Positions 15,435-25,411 are shown, numbered from the stretch's first letter. The stretch: DNA of 27,987 nucleotides from a virus (IMGVR_UViG_3300017903_002839:1-27987); one strand, 5' to 3'. Numbers and translations are program-made. Notes: generated by a model not told the origin, from the sequence alone.

Positions 15435-18400
15435 ATGGCAACATTAACATCACCAGGAGTAGAGGTTTCAGTAATAAATGAAAGTTTCTACGTACCATCA
15501 GATGCTGGTACTACACCACTATTCATAGTAGCATCATCACAGGATAAACAAAACGGAGCAGGAGACGGAACTGCGGCAGGTACACAGTCTGCTAACGCCA
15601 ACACTGCTTATTTGATATCATCACAAAGAGAATTAACAGAGACTTTCGGAGACCCGAAATTTTACACAGACGCTTCAGGAAATTCATTAAATGGATATGA
15701 ATTGAACGAGTATGGACTACAAGCGGCATACAGTTTCTTAGGAGTTGCCAACAGAGCATTCGTACTTAGAGCGAACGTGAACACAGCGGAATTAGTTGGA
15801 AGTGCTTCGGCACCGACGGCGGCGCCGGCAGATGGCACATATTGGTTTGACCTTGCATCAAGCTCTTATGGATTATTTGAGTGGTCACAGACTAACCAAA
15901 CTTTCACAGCAATAACTCCAATATTGATCACTACAGTTTCTGACCTGGTAGGAAATGTGTCAACAGGTGCTCCAAAACAAAACGTTGGAAACATCGGCAG
16001 TTATGCTATCAACACAACACACGTTACAAACAAGATTTACAAGAAAAACGCAAGTAACGAATGGAACCATGTAGGATCAAGTGCATGGCACGCCGCTTTA
16101 CCAATAATCACAGTTGCCTCAGGTACAACAGTAACTGACGGGCACACAATGGTTATGAACGATGTGACTATCACGGTATCAGGTACATCATTGGCTAACG
16201 TGGCAACAGCAATTGGTTCTAACGTCACTAACGTCACAGCAAGTGTAAACTCTGTGACAGGTAACCTAGAAATTTTCCACAATGGTCAATTTGCAGGTGA
16301 CTCAACTGGCGGAGCAGGAACAATCAGATTTAATGAAGGCACAGGAATGTTAGCAAGTTTAGGAATTACAACAGGTGTTTACAACGGACCTAAATTCCTA
16401 CAAGCAAAACACACTGACAGACCAACTTGGAAGACTGCAGACGAGAACAGACCTAATGGTTCTGTTTGGTTCAAGACAACAAGTGCAAACTCAGGTGCGA
16501 ACATCATATCTAAACTATACAGCACATCATCAGGTTCGTTTAGCCAAGTGGCTTCGCCACTTTATGCTAACAACCATCAGGCAATCTTCAACTTAGATGC
16601 CGCAGGTGGTGGAGCAAACTTATCAACAGGTGACTTGTACGTTCAGTTCAACGTCACTGAAGAGAGCATGACAGCGAATGACCTGGGTGGAGCGGACACG
16701 ACTAACAACGTGGGTGACTTCCAAATCTTCAGATACGAAGGTGGCGAAACAATCATCCGATCGAAGACAACTTTCCCAAGTTTCACAGCAGGTGAAAAAT
16801 TCCTTGTTCAAGAATCAATTAAAAATCAAGAGGCATTGGAGGCGGCTAAAACTGTTACAATGATATCAGGTGATGGTTCAACTTTGGGTGATGCGGACGA
16901 CTTTGTCACTGCATTCTCAACAGCAAACTTCACTAACCTAGAAGCATCAGTCATAGATTCAGGTGAATTCAAAGGTGCTATCCAGATCAAACACAAACTG
17001 GGCGGCGAGTTCAGAATGGTTGACTCTGTAGGTACTCCATTAGCAGATGCAGGTTTCAGCACAACGACTGCACACAGTTATGGATCATACACAGCAAACA
17101 GCTCTACATTGATTGACAATCTGTATGACGCTCCAACAGGAGAATCATTAGACTCATCTGCCAACAATGCGATGGTGGCTTCAAACTTCAAGAGATTGAG
17201 CTACACTGCTTCTACAAGTGCACCAACAAGTGAACCAGCAGACGGAACACTTTGGTACAGTACTTCAATAGATGAAGCGGACATCATGGCACACAACGGA
17301 ACAACTTTCGTTGGATACAAAACAGCGTACTCAGACACGGATCCAAATGGTCCACAGTTCAGTGCTACTGCACCGACTACACAGTCGGATGGTACAGCAC
17401 TTGTGAACAATGACTTATGGATTGATACAAGTGACTTAGAAAACTATCCAAAACTTTACAAGTACAACACAGCGGCAACATTGAGTTCAACAAACACATC
17501 AAACCAAGTTGCAGTCACTACAACAGGGGCGGCATGGGAACTTGTTGACAAAACAGATCAGACCACAGAGGACGGAATAGTTTTTGCAGATGCCAGAATG
17601 CAAACGACTGCGGAAAAAGCCGACTCGACTGATGCAAACACAGCCGGTCCATTCAGCACAATCAAGGACCTATTAAGCGACGGATTCTTAGATCCTGATG
17701 CACCAGATCCAAGTTTATACCCACAGGGCATTTTACTTTGGAACACAAGAAGAAGTGGTTACAATGTTAAAGAATACAAAAACGACTACATCACTACTAC
17801 AAAATATCCAGGAAGCGGATCAAGTGGTTTAGGTAACATCAGAGCAAGTAACGAAGCAGTTGGTGGCTACTACCCAGACAGATGGGTTACTAAATCAGGT
17901 AACAACGCAGACGGTTCTGGAACATTCGGTAGAAAAGCACAGAGAAAAGTTATTGTAGAACAATTAAAATCAGAGATCGACACTAACCAAGCAATCAGAG
18001 AAGACCAAAGAGGTTACAATGTTATTGCTTGTCCTGGTTATCCAGAGTTGATACAAAACATGATTAACTTGAACACAGATAGAAACAACACAGCGTTTGT
18101 TGTTGGAGATACACCTTTCAGACTAGAAGGCACTGCAACTGCAATCACAAATTACGCAAACAACTCGGCCGGCGCACTAGACAACGGCGAAGATGGTCTT
18201 GTTAGTTCAAGTGATCACCTAGGCGTATTTTATCCGTCTGGTTTGACCACTGACAACACAGGTAAATCGATTGTTGTTCCACCGTCACACATGATGATGA
18301 GGGTGTTAGCAAACAACGACAACATCGCTTTCCCATGGTTTGCACCATCAGGAACTAGAAGAGGTGTGGTCGACAATGCTACATCAGTTGGTTACATTGA

Positions 18401-18875
18401 TGCAAGTTCAGGAGAATTCGAAGCAATATCTGTAACGGAGTCAGTGAGAGATTCAATGCATGAAGTTAAAATCAACCCAATCACTTTCTTTGCAGGTGCA
18501 GGGATTGTTAACTTTGGTAACTTGACGAAAACATCAGCAAGTTCGGCATTAGACAGAATAAACGTTTCAAGATTGGCAGTGTTCTTAAGAACACAACTAG
18601 ACTCGATTGCGAAACCGTTTATATTTGAACCTAATGATGAACTAACAAGAAATGAGATCAAACAAGCAGTTGAGTCATTCTTGTTAGAGTTGGTTGGTCA
18701 AAGAGCATTGTTTGACTTCCTAGTAGTTTGTGATGACACTAACAACACACCTACGAGGATCGACAGAAACGAATTGTATGTTGATATAGCAATTGAGCCA
18801 GTGAAATCAGTTGAATTTATCTACATACCATTAAGAATCAAAAACACAGGAGAAATTGCAAAGTTAGGGAACTAA
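15435..18875 (+). CDS. gp18: Contractile tail sheath protein (T4 gp18-like), 1146 aa
   Basis: N-terminal LTSPGVEV..I.ES and FGDP; C-terminal PWFAPSGTRRG, KINPI, LDRINVSRL, FIFEPND, VVCDDTNNTP..IDRNEL.VDI.I.P.KS.EFI. Confidence 0.96.
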   Translation: MATLTSPGVEVSVINESFYVPSDAGTTPLFIVASSQDKQNGAGDGTAAGTQSANANTAYLISSQRELTETFGDPKFYTDASGNSLNGYELNEYGLQAAYSFLGVANRAFVLRANVNTAELVGSASAPTAAPADGTYWFDLASSSYGLFEWSQTNQTFTAITPILITTVSDLVGNVSTGAPKQNVGNIGSYAINTTHVTNKIYKKNASNEWNHVGSSAWHAALPIITVASGTTVTDGHTMVMNDVTITVSGTSLANVATAIGSNVTNVTASVNSVTGNLEIFHNGQFAGDSTGGAGTIRFNEGTGMLASLGITTGVYNGPKFLQAKHTDRPTWKTADENRPNGSVWFKTTSANSGANIISKLYSTSSGSFSQVASPLYANNHQAIFNLDAAGGGANLSTGDLYVQFNVTEESMTANDLGGADTTNNVGDFQIFRYEGGETIIRSKTTFPSFTAGEKFLVQESIKNQEALEAAKTVTMISGDGSTLGDADDFVTAFSTANFTNLEASVIDSGEFKGAIQIKHKLGGEFRMVDSVGTPLADAGFSTTTAHSYGSYTANSSTLIDNLYDAPTGESLDSSANNAMVASNFKRLSYTASTSAPTSEPADGTLWYSTSIDEADIMAHNGTTFVGYKTAYSDTDPNGPQFSATAPTTQSDGTALVNNDLWIDTSDLENYPKLYKYNTAATLSSTNTSNQVAVTTTGAAWELVDKTDQTTEDGIVFADARMQTTAEKADSTDANTAGPFSTIKDLLSDGFLDPDAPDPSLYPQGILLWNTRRSGYNVKEYKNDYITTTKYPGSGSSGLGNIRASNEAVGGYYPDRWVTKSGNNADGSGTFGRKAQRKVIVEQLKSEIDTNQAIREDQRGYNVIACPGYPELIQNMINLNTDRNNTAFVVGDTPFRLEGTATAITNYANNSAGALDNGEDGLVSSSDHLGVFYPSGLTTDNTGKSIVVPPSHMMMRVLANNDNIAFPWFAPSGTRRGVVDNATSVGYIDASSGEFEAISVTESVRDSMHEVKINPITFFAGAGIVNFGNLTKTSASSALDRINVSRLAVFLRTQLDSIAKPFIFEPNDELTRNEIKQAVESFLLELVGQRALFDFLVVCDDTNNTPTRIDRNELYVDIAIEPVKSVEFIYIPLRIKNTGEIAKLGN

Positions 18876-18898
18876 TTTTGAATAAATAGGAGAAACAG

Positions 18899-19525
18899 AT
18901 GGCAATATCAACTTTATCAAAATTTACAGTACCTTTAGCAAACGATCAAAGTTCAGCATCACAAGGATTGTTGATGCCAAAACTACAATATCGTTTTAGA
19001 GCGATACTGGAAAATTTTGGAGTATCAACACCAAGATCAGAACTAACAAAACAAGTTATTGACATAACAAGACCTAACTTGACTTTTGATAACGTAACAC
19101 TAGATGTTTACAACTCAAAAGTTTATGTTGCAGGTAAACACACTTGGGATCCAATAACAATCAACCTAAGAGATGACGTTAACAACTCAGTAACTAAATT
19201 AGTTGGCGAACAAATCCAGAAACAATTTGATTTCTTCGAGCAAAGTTCGGCGGCATCAGGTATTGATTACAAATTTACTGCTAGAATTGAAATGCTAGAC
19301 GGTGGTAACGGCGCAAGTGCACCAAATGTGTTAGAAACATTTGAATTATACGGTGCGTACATTGAAAACGTTAACTACAACACGTTAGCATATGCAACTT
19401 CAGACCCGGCTACAATAACAATGTCAGTAAGATACGACAACGCAATCCAAACTCCAACAGGAACTGGAATAGGAACAGCGGTAGCAAGAACTATTGGTAC
19501 ATTAAGTACTGGTGGTGGACAGTAA
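18899..19525 (+). CDS. gp19: Tail tube protein (T4 gp19-like)
   Basis: Directly after the sheath; RFR...RP.L.F........YVAGKHTWDPITINLRDD...FELYGAY....Y..L.Y; SD AGGAG. Confidence 0.9.
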   Translation: MAISTLSKFTVPLANDQSSASQGLLMPKLQYRFRAILENFGVSTPRSELTKQVIDITRPNLTFDNVTLDVYNSKVYVAGKHTWDPITINLRDDVNNSVTKLVGEQIQKQFDFFEQSSAASGIDYKFTARIEMLDGGNGASAPNVLETFELYGAYIENVNYNTLAYATSDPATITMSVRYDNAIQTPTGTGIGTAVARTIGTLSTGGGQ

Positions 19526-19558
19526 GATACAAATTTAAGTTAGCAATTATAATACAGG

Positions 19559-19585
19559 AAAAGCGTCTTTATAGGCGCTTTTTTT
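19559..19585 (+). terminator. Intrinsic terminator after tail tube
   Basis: AAAAGCGTCT-ttat-AGGCGCTTTTTTT. Confidence 0.85.
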
Positions 19586-19590
19586 GTGAC

Positions 19591-19598
19591 TATAAATA
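19591..19598 (+). promoter_or_regulatory. T4 late promoter TATAAATA
   Basis: Exact consensus, 8 nt before ATG 19607. Confidence 0.75.
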
Positions 19599-19606
19599 AC
19601 ACTACT

Positions 19607-20995
19607 ATGCCAACAATTAACAATTTCCTGCAAGGTTTCCAAGACGGATTACCTGGAATGAAAGATTACCAACACGCATCAAGGTTGTATATAGACGACC
19701 ATTTCAAACTGATGCCGAAACAGAAGTTTCTGTTTCATGTTGTTTTCAACACAGACGAAACTCTGTTCCAAGATGGTTTTAATGCCAATGAGCGTTATGA
19801 ATTAAACATGTTGGTGAGAGCCTGTGATCTGCCAAAATATGATCTCAGTCTAGAAGAGAAAGTTCAGTACAATAAAAAGATGTATGCGGCCACGAGAATT
19901 GCATACGAACCTGTAAACATCACTTTCCATGATGACCATGCAGTTACTTTAAATGCATTTTGGAAAAAGTATTATGAATACAACATAGCGGATTCAATAG
20001 GAATGAATAACGACTTGACTATCTCTAACACCAAAGACGACTACTATGATTTTGGATCAGCAAGAGCAACTACAAAATTTGGATTAGATACGCCAAAAGA
20101 GAGACGAAAACCTTATCTTAAAGGTGTTGAAATTTTTGTATTACACAAACAAAGATTTACATCAATGACCCTAGTCAACCCAGTGATAGGTTCATTCTCG
20201 CATGACAACCTCGACCAGGCAGACGGTGCAGGAGTCATGAACAACACAATGCAAATTTTATATGAAACAGTCATTTACAAATCTGGTATCGTGAACAAGA
20301 ACAACGTTCCGGGTTTTGCTACAATACATTATGATAACAGTCCTAGTCCTTTGACTGTGCTTGGTGGAGGCACCAACAGCATATTCGGTCCAGGTGGAGT
20401 CGTTGATGGCATTGGCTCAGTGATTAGGAATGTACAGTCTGGCAACATACTAGGTGCAATACTTACAGCATCCAACACATACAACAACGCTAAAAAAATA
20501 AAAAAAAGAGATGTAAAAGAAGAATTAAAAGGCATAGCAAAAGAAGGAGTTCTAGAAGTTGGAAAACAGGCAGGCACAATTACTAATCCAGTTGCACAGT
20601 TTTCTGTAGGAGCGGCGGTGGCCGCCGGTACCGTGATTGCCTCAGCACGTGGCACAGCGGATAACAACAATCAATCAAATAACACAGTAATCGTCAACCC
20701 AACTCCTGACTCTAATAATTTCTTAACTGGAGACGAGTCTTTCAATTTGGTATCAAATGATACTGCGGTACGAGACGAGATTGCCGCTGGATTGTACTAC
20801 AAGGATATAGGATCACGTAAAGGACTTACAGTTGCTGAATCGGATGTTGAATACACAGGATCCTCAGACAATGTCAAAACAGTTTACGAAAATAAAGTTA
20901 TTACAGACATAAGAAAATTAGTTACCGAAGGATACATTAAAATTGTAAGACAAACACAAGACGTTGTGATAGCAACCGAGAAGGCATCATTATAA
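19607..20995 (+). CDS. Tube-fold baseplate/tube-initiator protein (T4 gp48/gp54-like) with C-terminal extension
   Basis: Tube-like N-terminal half (DLPKY....QYN.K.....IAYEPVNITFHDD ... LVNPVIGSFSHDNLD ... ILYE); follows the tube gene. Confidence 0.65.
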   Translation: MPTINNFLQGFQDGLPGMKDYQHASRLYIDDHFKLMPKQKFLFHVVFNTDETLFQDGFNANERYELNMLVRACDLPKYDLSLEEKVQYNKKMYAATRIAYEPVNITFHDDHAVTLNAFWKKYYEYNIADSIGMNNDLTISNTKDDYYDFGSARATTKFGLDTPKERRKPYLKGVEIFVLHKQRFTSMTLVNPVIGSFSHDNLDQADGAGVMNNTMQILYETVIYKSGIVNKNNVPGFATIHYDNSPSPLTVLGGGTNSIFGPGGVVDGIGSVIRNVQSGNILGAILTASNTYNNAKKIKKRDVKEELKGIAKEGVLEVGKQAGTITNPVAQFSVGAAVAAGTVIASARGTADNNNQSNNTVIVNPTPDSNNFLTGDESFNLVSNDTAVRDEIAAGLYYKDIGSRKGLTVAESDVEYTGSSDNVKTVYENKVITDIRKLVTEGYIKIVRQTQDVVIATEKASL

Positions 20996-21372
20996 TGACT
21001 GAACTATATTCAAATCTGCCACCTAAAGACAAAGATCAATTAGAGAAAACTATACAAAAACTTACCACCGGAAATTATGAACAGGATTATTCATTTAATG
21101 TTGGTGAATATGATTCTACTGTTGCATTTTTTGTAAAACGTGGATTCAGTAGGACTTCAGCTGAATCTACTGCATACGCTATTCTTTCGCAGGCCAAAAT
21201 TGATGACATTAAACCTCAACAAATACTGGACCAATTGACGTACGCCAGTCCGGCCCTGTTGTCCGAATTGATAACAATAATTTTAAATGCCAACAGGTAC
21301 AAGTCCAGCAGGTTAGGTGTGAGAAAAACACTGGAAACAAAAGAGACTGTATCTAGAAACATAATAGACTAA
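20995..21372 (+). CDS. Hypothetical virion/baseplate protein, 125 aa
   Basis: Translationally coupled at both ends by TAATG overlaps. Confidence 0.75.
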   Translation: MTELYSNLPPKDKDQLEKTIQKLTTGNYEQDYSFNVGEYDSTVAFFVKRGFSRTSAESTAYAILSQAKIDDIKPQQILDQLTYASPALLSELITIILNANRYKSSRLGVRKTLETKETVSRNIID

Positions 21373-21812
21373 TGCTACCAAGATTTGCAAGGGGCAAATT
21401 TTCTCCTAAGAACCAAGAAAAATATGTGGGAACAAAAACACCGACCTATAGGTCAAGTTGGGAACATGCATTCATGAGGCTTTGTGACGAACATCCAAAC
21501 GTATATCAATGGGCATCCGAGTCAATCAAGATACCTTACAGGCATCCTTTCACAGGCAAGTACACTGTGTATGTGCCTGATTTCTTTATAATTTACCAAG
21601 ACAAGAACGGAAAGAAACACGCCGAGATGGTTGAAGTAAAACCTGCTTCGCAGACAAACATGGAGTCTGCGGGTAAGAGCATGGCAAAAAAGAAACAGGT
21701 CGTCATAAACATGGCCAAGTGGGAAGCCGCCAATGCCTATGCCAAGCAGAGAAAAATAAGATTTAGGGTGGTGTCAGAAGAGCAGTTATTCCACAACGGT
21801 AAACGTAAGTAA
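21372..21812 (+). CDS. gp4: Head completion nuclease (T4 gp4-like, TnsA-type PD-(D/E)XK fold)
   Basis: GKFSPKNQEKYVG...YRSSWE..FMR.CD......WASE.I.IPY......Y.PDF.....VEVKP...N.AKWEAA. Confidence 0.9.
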   Translation: MLPRFARGKFSPKNQEKYVGTKTPTYRSSWEHAFMRLCDEHPNVYQWASESIKIPYRHPFTGKYTVYVPDFFIIYQDKNGKKHAEMVEVKPASQTNMESAGKSMAKKKQVVINMAKWEAANAYAKQRKIRFRVVSEEQLFHNGKRK

Positions 21813-21820
21813 ATAAAGCA

Positions 21821-22348
21821 ATGACAAAAAAATTAGAAGACATCCTTAATTTACCAAATGTAAAAGAAGCATTCAAGGAAGTAGACAAAAAGGAAAAAGA
21901 TAAAAAAATCAAAGAGTCAAATGGGCACAATTCTTCATCAAAAAATTTAGATCCAAAAACACAGGCAAATCTACAAAAGAGTTATGCGGAATTTGACAAA
22001 ATAGCAAACGCTTTGCCACAGGTAAAAGGACTAGGTGAATTGTCTGACCTGGAGTTGGACAAATTGGCTGTTGAAGCAGAAGAGAGCTACAAGAATCTCA
22101 TGGATCTTGGCATGAATGTAGACTCAAGATATTCAGGACGTATATTTGAGGTAGCGAGTACAATGTTGCGTAACGCCATCGACGCCAAGGGATCTAAGAT
22201 TGATAAGAAGTTAAAAATGGTTGAATTACAACTTAAAAAGCAGAAATTAGACCAAGGCAACAAGGACGGTGGTCCCATCGAAGAAAGCGACGGATTTGTC
22301 ATATCTGACCGTAATGAATTGATGAAGAAACTACTGAAAAAAGACTAA
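21821..22348 (+). CDS. gp16: Probable terminase small subunit (T4 gp16-like)
   Basis: Helical; RIFEVASTML...K...LQLKK and C-terminal FVISDRNELMKKL resemble the gp16 R.YEV / FVGST.EL patterns; upstream of the large terminase. Confidence 0.6.
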   Translation: MTKKLEDILNLPNVKEAFKEVDKKEKDKKIKESNGHNSSSKNLDPKTQANLQKSYAEFDKIANALPQVKGLGELSDLELDKLAVEAEESYKNLMDLGMNVDSRYSGRIFEVASTMLRNAIDAKGSKIDKKLKMVELQLKKQKLDQGNKDGGPIEESDGFVISDRNELMKKLLKKD

Positions 22349-22357
22349 ATATTGCAT

Positions 22358-22951
22358 ATGAGCACGTTTAAAGACTATCTAACAGAAGCAGTAAAGTCAT
22401 ATGACTATAAAATTAAGGTTGCAGGAGCACCTAATGACATAGACAAAAATGCAGTGGAAACTGCCTTGCAAAAATTTGACTTGGCTAAGATGTCAGCGGG
22501 AAAAAGCACACCAATTCAGAGTCTACCTCTTGACTTTCCTTCATTAAAAAACGAGCAAGTAACAATATTTGATGTGACTACAAACTATCCAGAGTCACCA
22601 AGAGTGATGCAAGAGTATCTTTCAGACATTTTAAGGATACCGGCTACACACATCGTGGTTAGAAAACCAGGTGAGCCAACTGAACAGTATCAAGATTAAA
22701 TGGAAGCAACTAAAAAATCAGAATACAGAACAAAACTACAGGATCTAGAGTATTCAGAGCACGCTAAGATCAAGCCAGAAGATTTTCATTCCAAAGAAGC
22801 AAACATGAGTCTTTTGAAAGAATTACTAAAAGACAGAGATAGCAAATACGAAGTTGAAAAAGGTTCAGACAATGAAACAAAAGGCATAATGCCAAACGAA
22901 GACGACAAAACAGCAGGATCACCAATTCACACTGGTGCTGGAAGGGAATAA
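22358..22951 (+). pseudogene. Putative head-associated protein interrupted by an in-frame TAA at 22697-22699 (ORFs 22358-22699 and 22700-22951)
   Basis: Same frame, zero gap (CAA GAT TAA ATG GAA); no SD or promoter for the second half; the protein reads continuously across the stop. Confidence 0.5.
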
Positions 22952-22954
22952 GCC

Positions 22955-23779
22955 ATGGAAATGATAGACGTATTAAAAAAACTACAAGAAATTGCAGAAA
23001 CAAAACCTGAAGTGGTTAAAGATGCTGTAGAAAATGTTACTAGAACTAATCCTAAAGTTGACGAAAGCAGAATGAAAGACTACCTACACAGTGAAGCGGA
23101 AAAAATGTCCAGGGAAGAATTTCTTAAAAAACACGGCGAAAGTTTAAGAGGATTTTACAACTCTATAATGGGATCAGAAGATGATGAAGATGATAGACCA
23201 GATTCCATGGAAGGTAAAGATATGAAAAAAGACAAAGAGACTATGAAAGAAGACATGCATATTACTACTGACTCTCCAGAGGAAGCAGGAATGCTGATGC
23301 AAATTTTAAAGATGGCTGGACTAAAACCTGTAGATGCAAAGATGATGGGCATGGAACCTAAACAGGACATGGATCACGACGACGAAATGGGCACTATGCA
23401 CATGGCAAAGATGCGTGACATGATGATGAAGCCTGACATGGAAAAACAGGAAGAAACTTTTGCAAACGAACCAGAAGAAAAAGTTCAAGATGTAGATAGT
23501 TTGGTAAACAAACACTCAGGTGGATTAAACAGACAAAAAAATTCTTTCACAAGAGCGGAGCCAGGTGATAACCCAATGACAGCAGAGGATAAGATCACCG
23601 AACAAGCATTGGCAGACAGTCTAAGAACACAGTATCAAAACTTCAAAGAGACATATCAGAAAGCGGCAGAAACAAAAGCAAAGCCAGACTTTTTAGATAT
23701 GGACAAGGACGGCAACAAGACTGAACCAATGAAAAAGGCCGTTAAAGACAAAGAAGAAAAAGAAAAAGAAGCAAAGTAA
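22955..23779 (+). CDS. Highly charged Met/Asp/Glu/Lys-rich protein, putative internal head protein
   Basis: SD-like AGGGA; low complexity; QILKMAGL motif; DMDKDG motif near the C-terminus. Confidence 0.7.
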   Translation: MEMIDVLKKLQEIAETKPEVVKDAVENVTRTNPKVDESRMKDYLHSEAEKMSREEFLKKHGESLRGFYNSIMGSEDDEDDRPDSMEGKDMKKDKETMKEDMHITTDSPEEAGMLMQILKMAGLKPVDAKMMGMEPKQDMDHDDEMGTMHMAKMRDMMMKPDMEKQEETFANEPEEKVQDVDSLVNKHSGGLNRQKNSFTRAEPGDNPMTAEDKITEQALADSLRTQYQNFKETYQKAAETKAKPDFLDMDKDGNKTEPMKKAVKDKEEKEKEAK

Positions 23780-23818
23780 TACTTTTCTAGTCACACAGTC
23801 AGCATTAAATACTACACT

Positions 23819-25411
23819 ATGGCGTATGTATCACTAGATAGCGACCAAATTAAGAAGGCGCACAAGAAACACAAATACACCAAAGAGCAAGTTGAACAAC
23901 TTGAGAAGTGTATGGATGAGACCAACGGCCCTTTATATTTCATGAAACAGTTCATGAAAATACAACATCCTACAAAAGGAGAGATGAAGTTTAAACCTTT
24001 CCCGTATCAAGAAAGATTGGTTGAAGCATACAATAAACATAGATTCAGTATTTCAATGTTACCACGACAGACAGGAAAAACAACCTGTGCATCGGGATAC
24101 CTGATATGGTACGCCATGTTCAAACCTGATTCACAGATACTAATCGCGGCACACAAATACGCAGGTGCATCAGACATTATGTCAAGGGTGCGTTACGCTT
24201 ACGAAATGTTGCCCAGTTGGATCAAAGCGGGAGTAACACAATACAACAGAAACAGCATAGAATTTGACAACGGTTCAAAGATAATGGCAACCACAACAAC
24301 TGAGAACACAGGAAGGGGTATGTCACTTACACTGATATACTGTGATGAGTTTGCATTCGTGCAACCACCAGAGAAAGCAAAAGAATTTTGGACATCATTA
24401 TCACCGACCCTATCAACTGGAGGTAAATGTTTGATTACTTCTACGCCCAACAGTGACGAAGACCAATTTGCTATGATTTGGAAGGAAGCCAACAAAAGAT
24501 TCGATGAATATGGCAACGACAAGATAGTAGGAACAAACGGTTTCTACGCCATGAAGGCACACTGGAGTGAACACCCCGACAGGGACGAGACGTGGGCAGA
24601 AACTGAAAAATCTAGAATAGGTGAAGAACGATTTAGAAGGGAACACGAATGTGAATTCTTGATATTTGATGAAACATTGATATCCAGTTTAGTGTTGGCA
24701 GACATGGAAGGCGTGGCACCTGTGGAAACCACAGGACAGGTGCGTTGGTTCAAACGTCCTACGCCTGGCAACACATACCTAACAAGTCTTGATCCAAGCA
24801 TGGGTACTGGTGGCGACTACGCCGCTATACAGGTTTTTGAACTACCAACATTCGAACAGGTTGCCGAATGGCACCATAATCAAACACCAATGAATCAGCA
24901 GGTAAGAATACTGCAAGGAATCAACAAGCACATACATGATACAATCATGGAAAAAGATTCGTCAGCGACTCCACAGATATTTTACTCAATGGAAAATAAT
25001 TCAATTGGAGAAGCCGCACTAATGAGGGTAATGGATATAGGAGAAGAAAATATACAAGGAATGTTCCTATCAGAGCCTATAAGGAAGGGTCACAGACGTA
25101 AGTTCAGGAGAGGATTCAACACAACTGCAAAACACAAAATAGACGCTTGTACTAAATTCAAAGAACTCATTGAGAACGACAAGATGAAGATTAACTCGCA
25201 ACTCCTGATCTCTGAGCTAAAGGACTTTGTTGCATCGGGGATCAGCTGCAACGCCAAACCAGGAGAGCACGATGATCTAGTAAGTGCATGTTTGTTAATG
25301 ACCCGTATGATGAAAGTTTTAGCAGATTTTGACCCTAAAATATTTGAAAAATGGACAGATAGGACTAGCCAAATCACTCCAATGCCAATCTTCGGATCGT
25401 TTACAGGTTAA
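23819..25411 (+). CDS. gp17: Terminase large subunit (T4 gp17-like)
   Basis: Q-motif YQ, Walker A PRQTGKTT, Walker B LIYCDEFAF, motif III ITSTPN, nuclease LDPSMGTGGDY and HDDLV. Confidence 0.97.
   Translation: MAYVSLDSDQIKKAHKKHKYTKEQVEQLEKCMDETNGPLYFMKQFMKIQHPTKGEMKFKPFPYQERLVEAYNKHRFSISMLPRQTGKTTCASGYLIWYAMFKPDSQILIAAHKYAGASDIMSRVRYAYEMLPSWIKAGVTQYNRNSIEFDNGSKIMATTTTENTGRGMSLTLIYCDEFAFVQPPEKAKEFWTSLSPTLSTGGKCLITSTPNSDEDQFAMIWKEANKRFDEYGNDKIVGTNGFYAMKAHWSEHPDRDETWAETEKSRIGEERFRREHECEFLIFDETLISSLVLADMEGVAPVETTGQVRWFKRPTPGNTYLTSLDPSMGTGGDYAAIQVFELPTFEQVAEWHHNQTPMNQQVRILQGINKHIHDTIMEKDSSATPQIFYSMENNSIGEAALMRVMDIGEENIQGMFLSEPIRKGHRRKFRRGFNTTAKHKIDACTKFKELIENDKMKINSQLLISELKDFVASGISCNAKPGEHDDLVSACLLMTRMMKVLADFDPKIFEKWTDRTSQITPMPIFGSFTG

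Noticed and set aside
15319-15498. Extended N-terminus of the 14959..15498 ORF
   Set aside because: Overlaps the sheath start and promoters; ATG 15318 after TAAATA is the more plausible start.
21372-21812. Tn7-like transposase TnsA / mobile element
   Set aside because: The fold is shared with T4 gp4; the context is virion morphogenesis, with no tnsB/C and no transposon ends.
22697-22699. Genome-wide stop-codon reassignment
   Set aside because: TAA ends most genes here, and TAG and TGA also act as stops. A single internal TAA is better explained by mutation or error.
23819-25411. Intein or intron in terminase, capsid or sheath genes
   Set aside because: Reading frames are continuous with normal motif spacing; no intein splice motifs or homing endonuclease insert seen.
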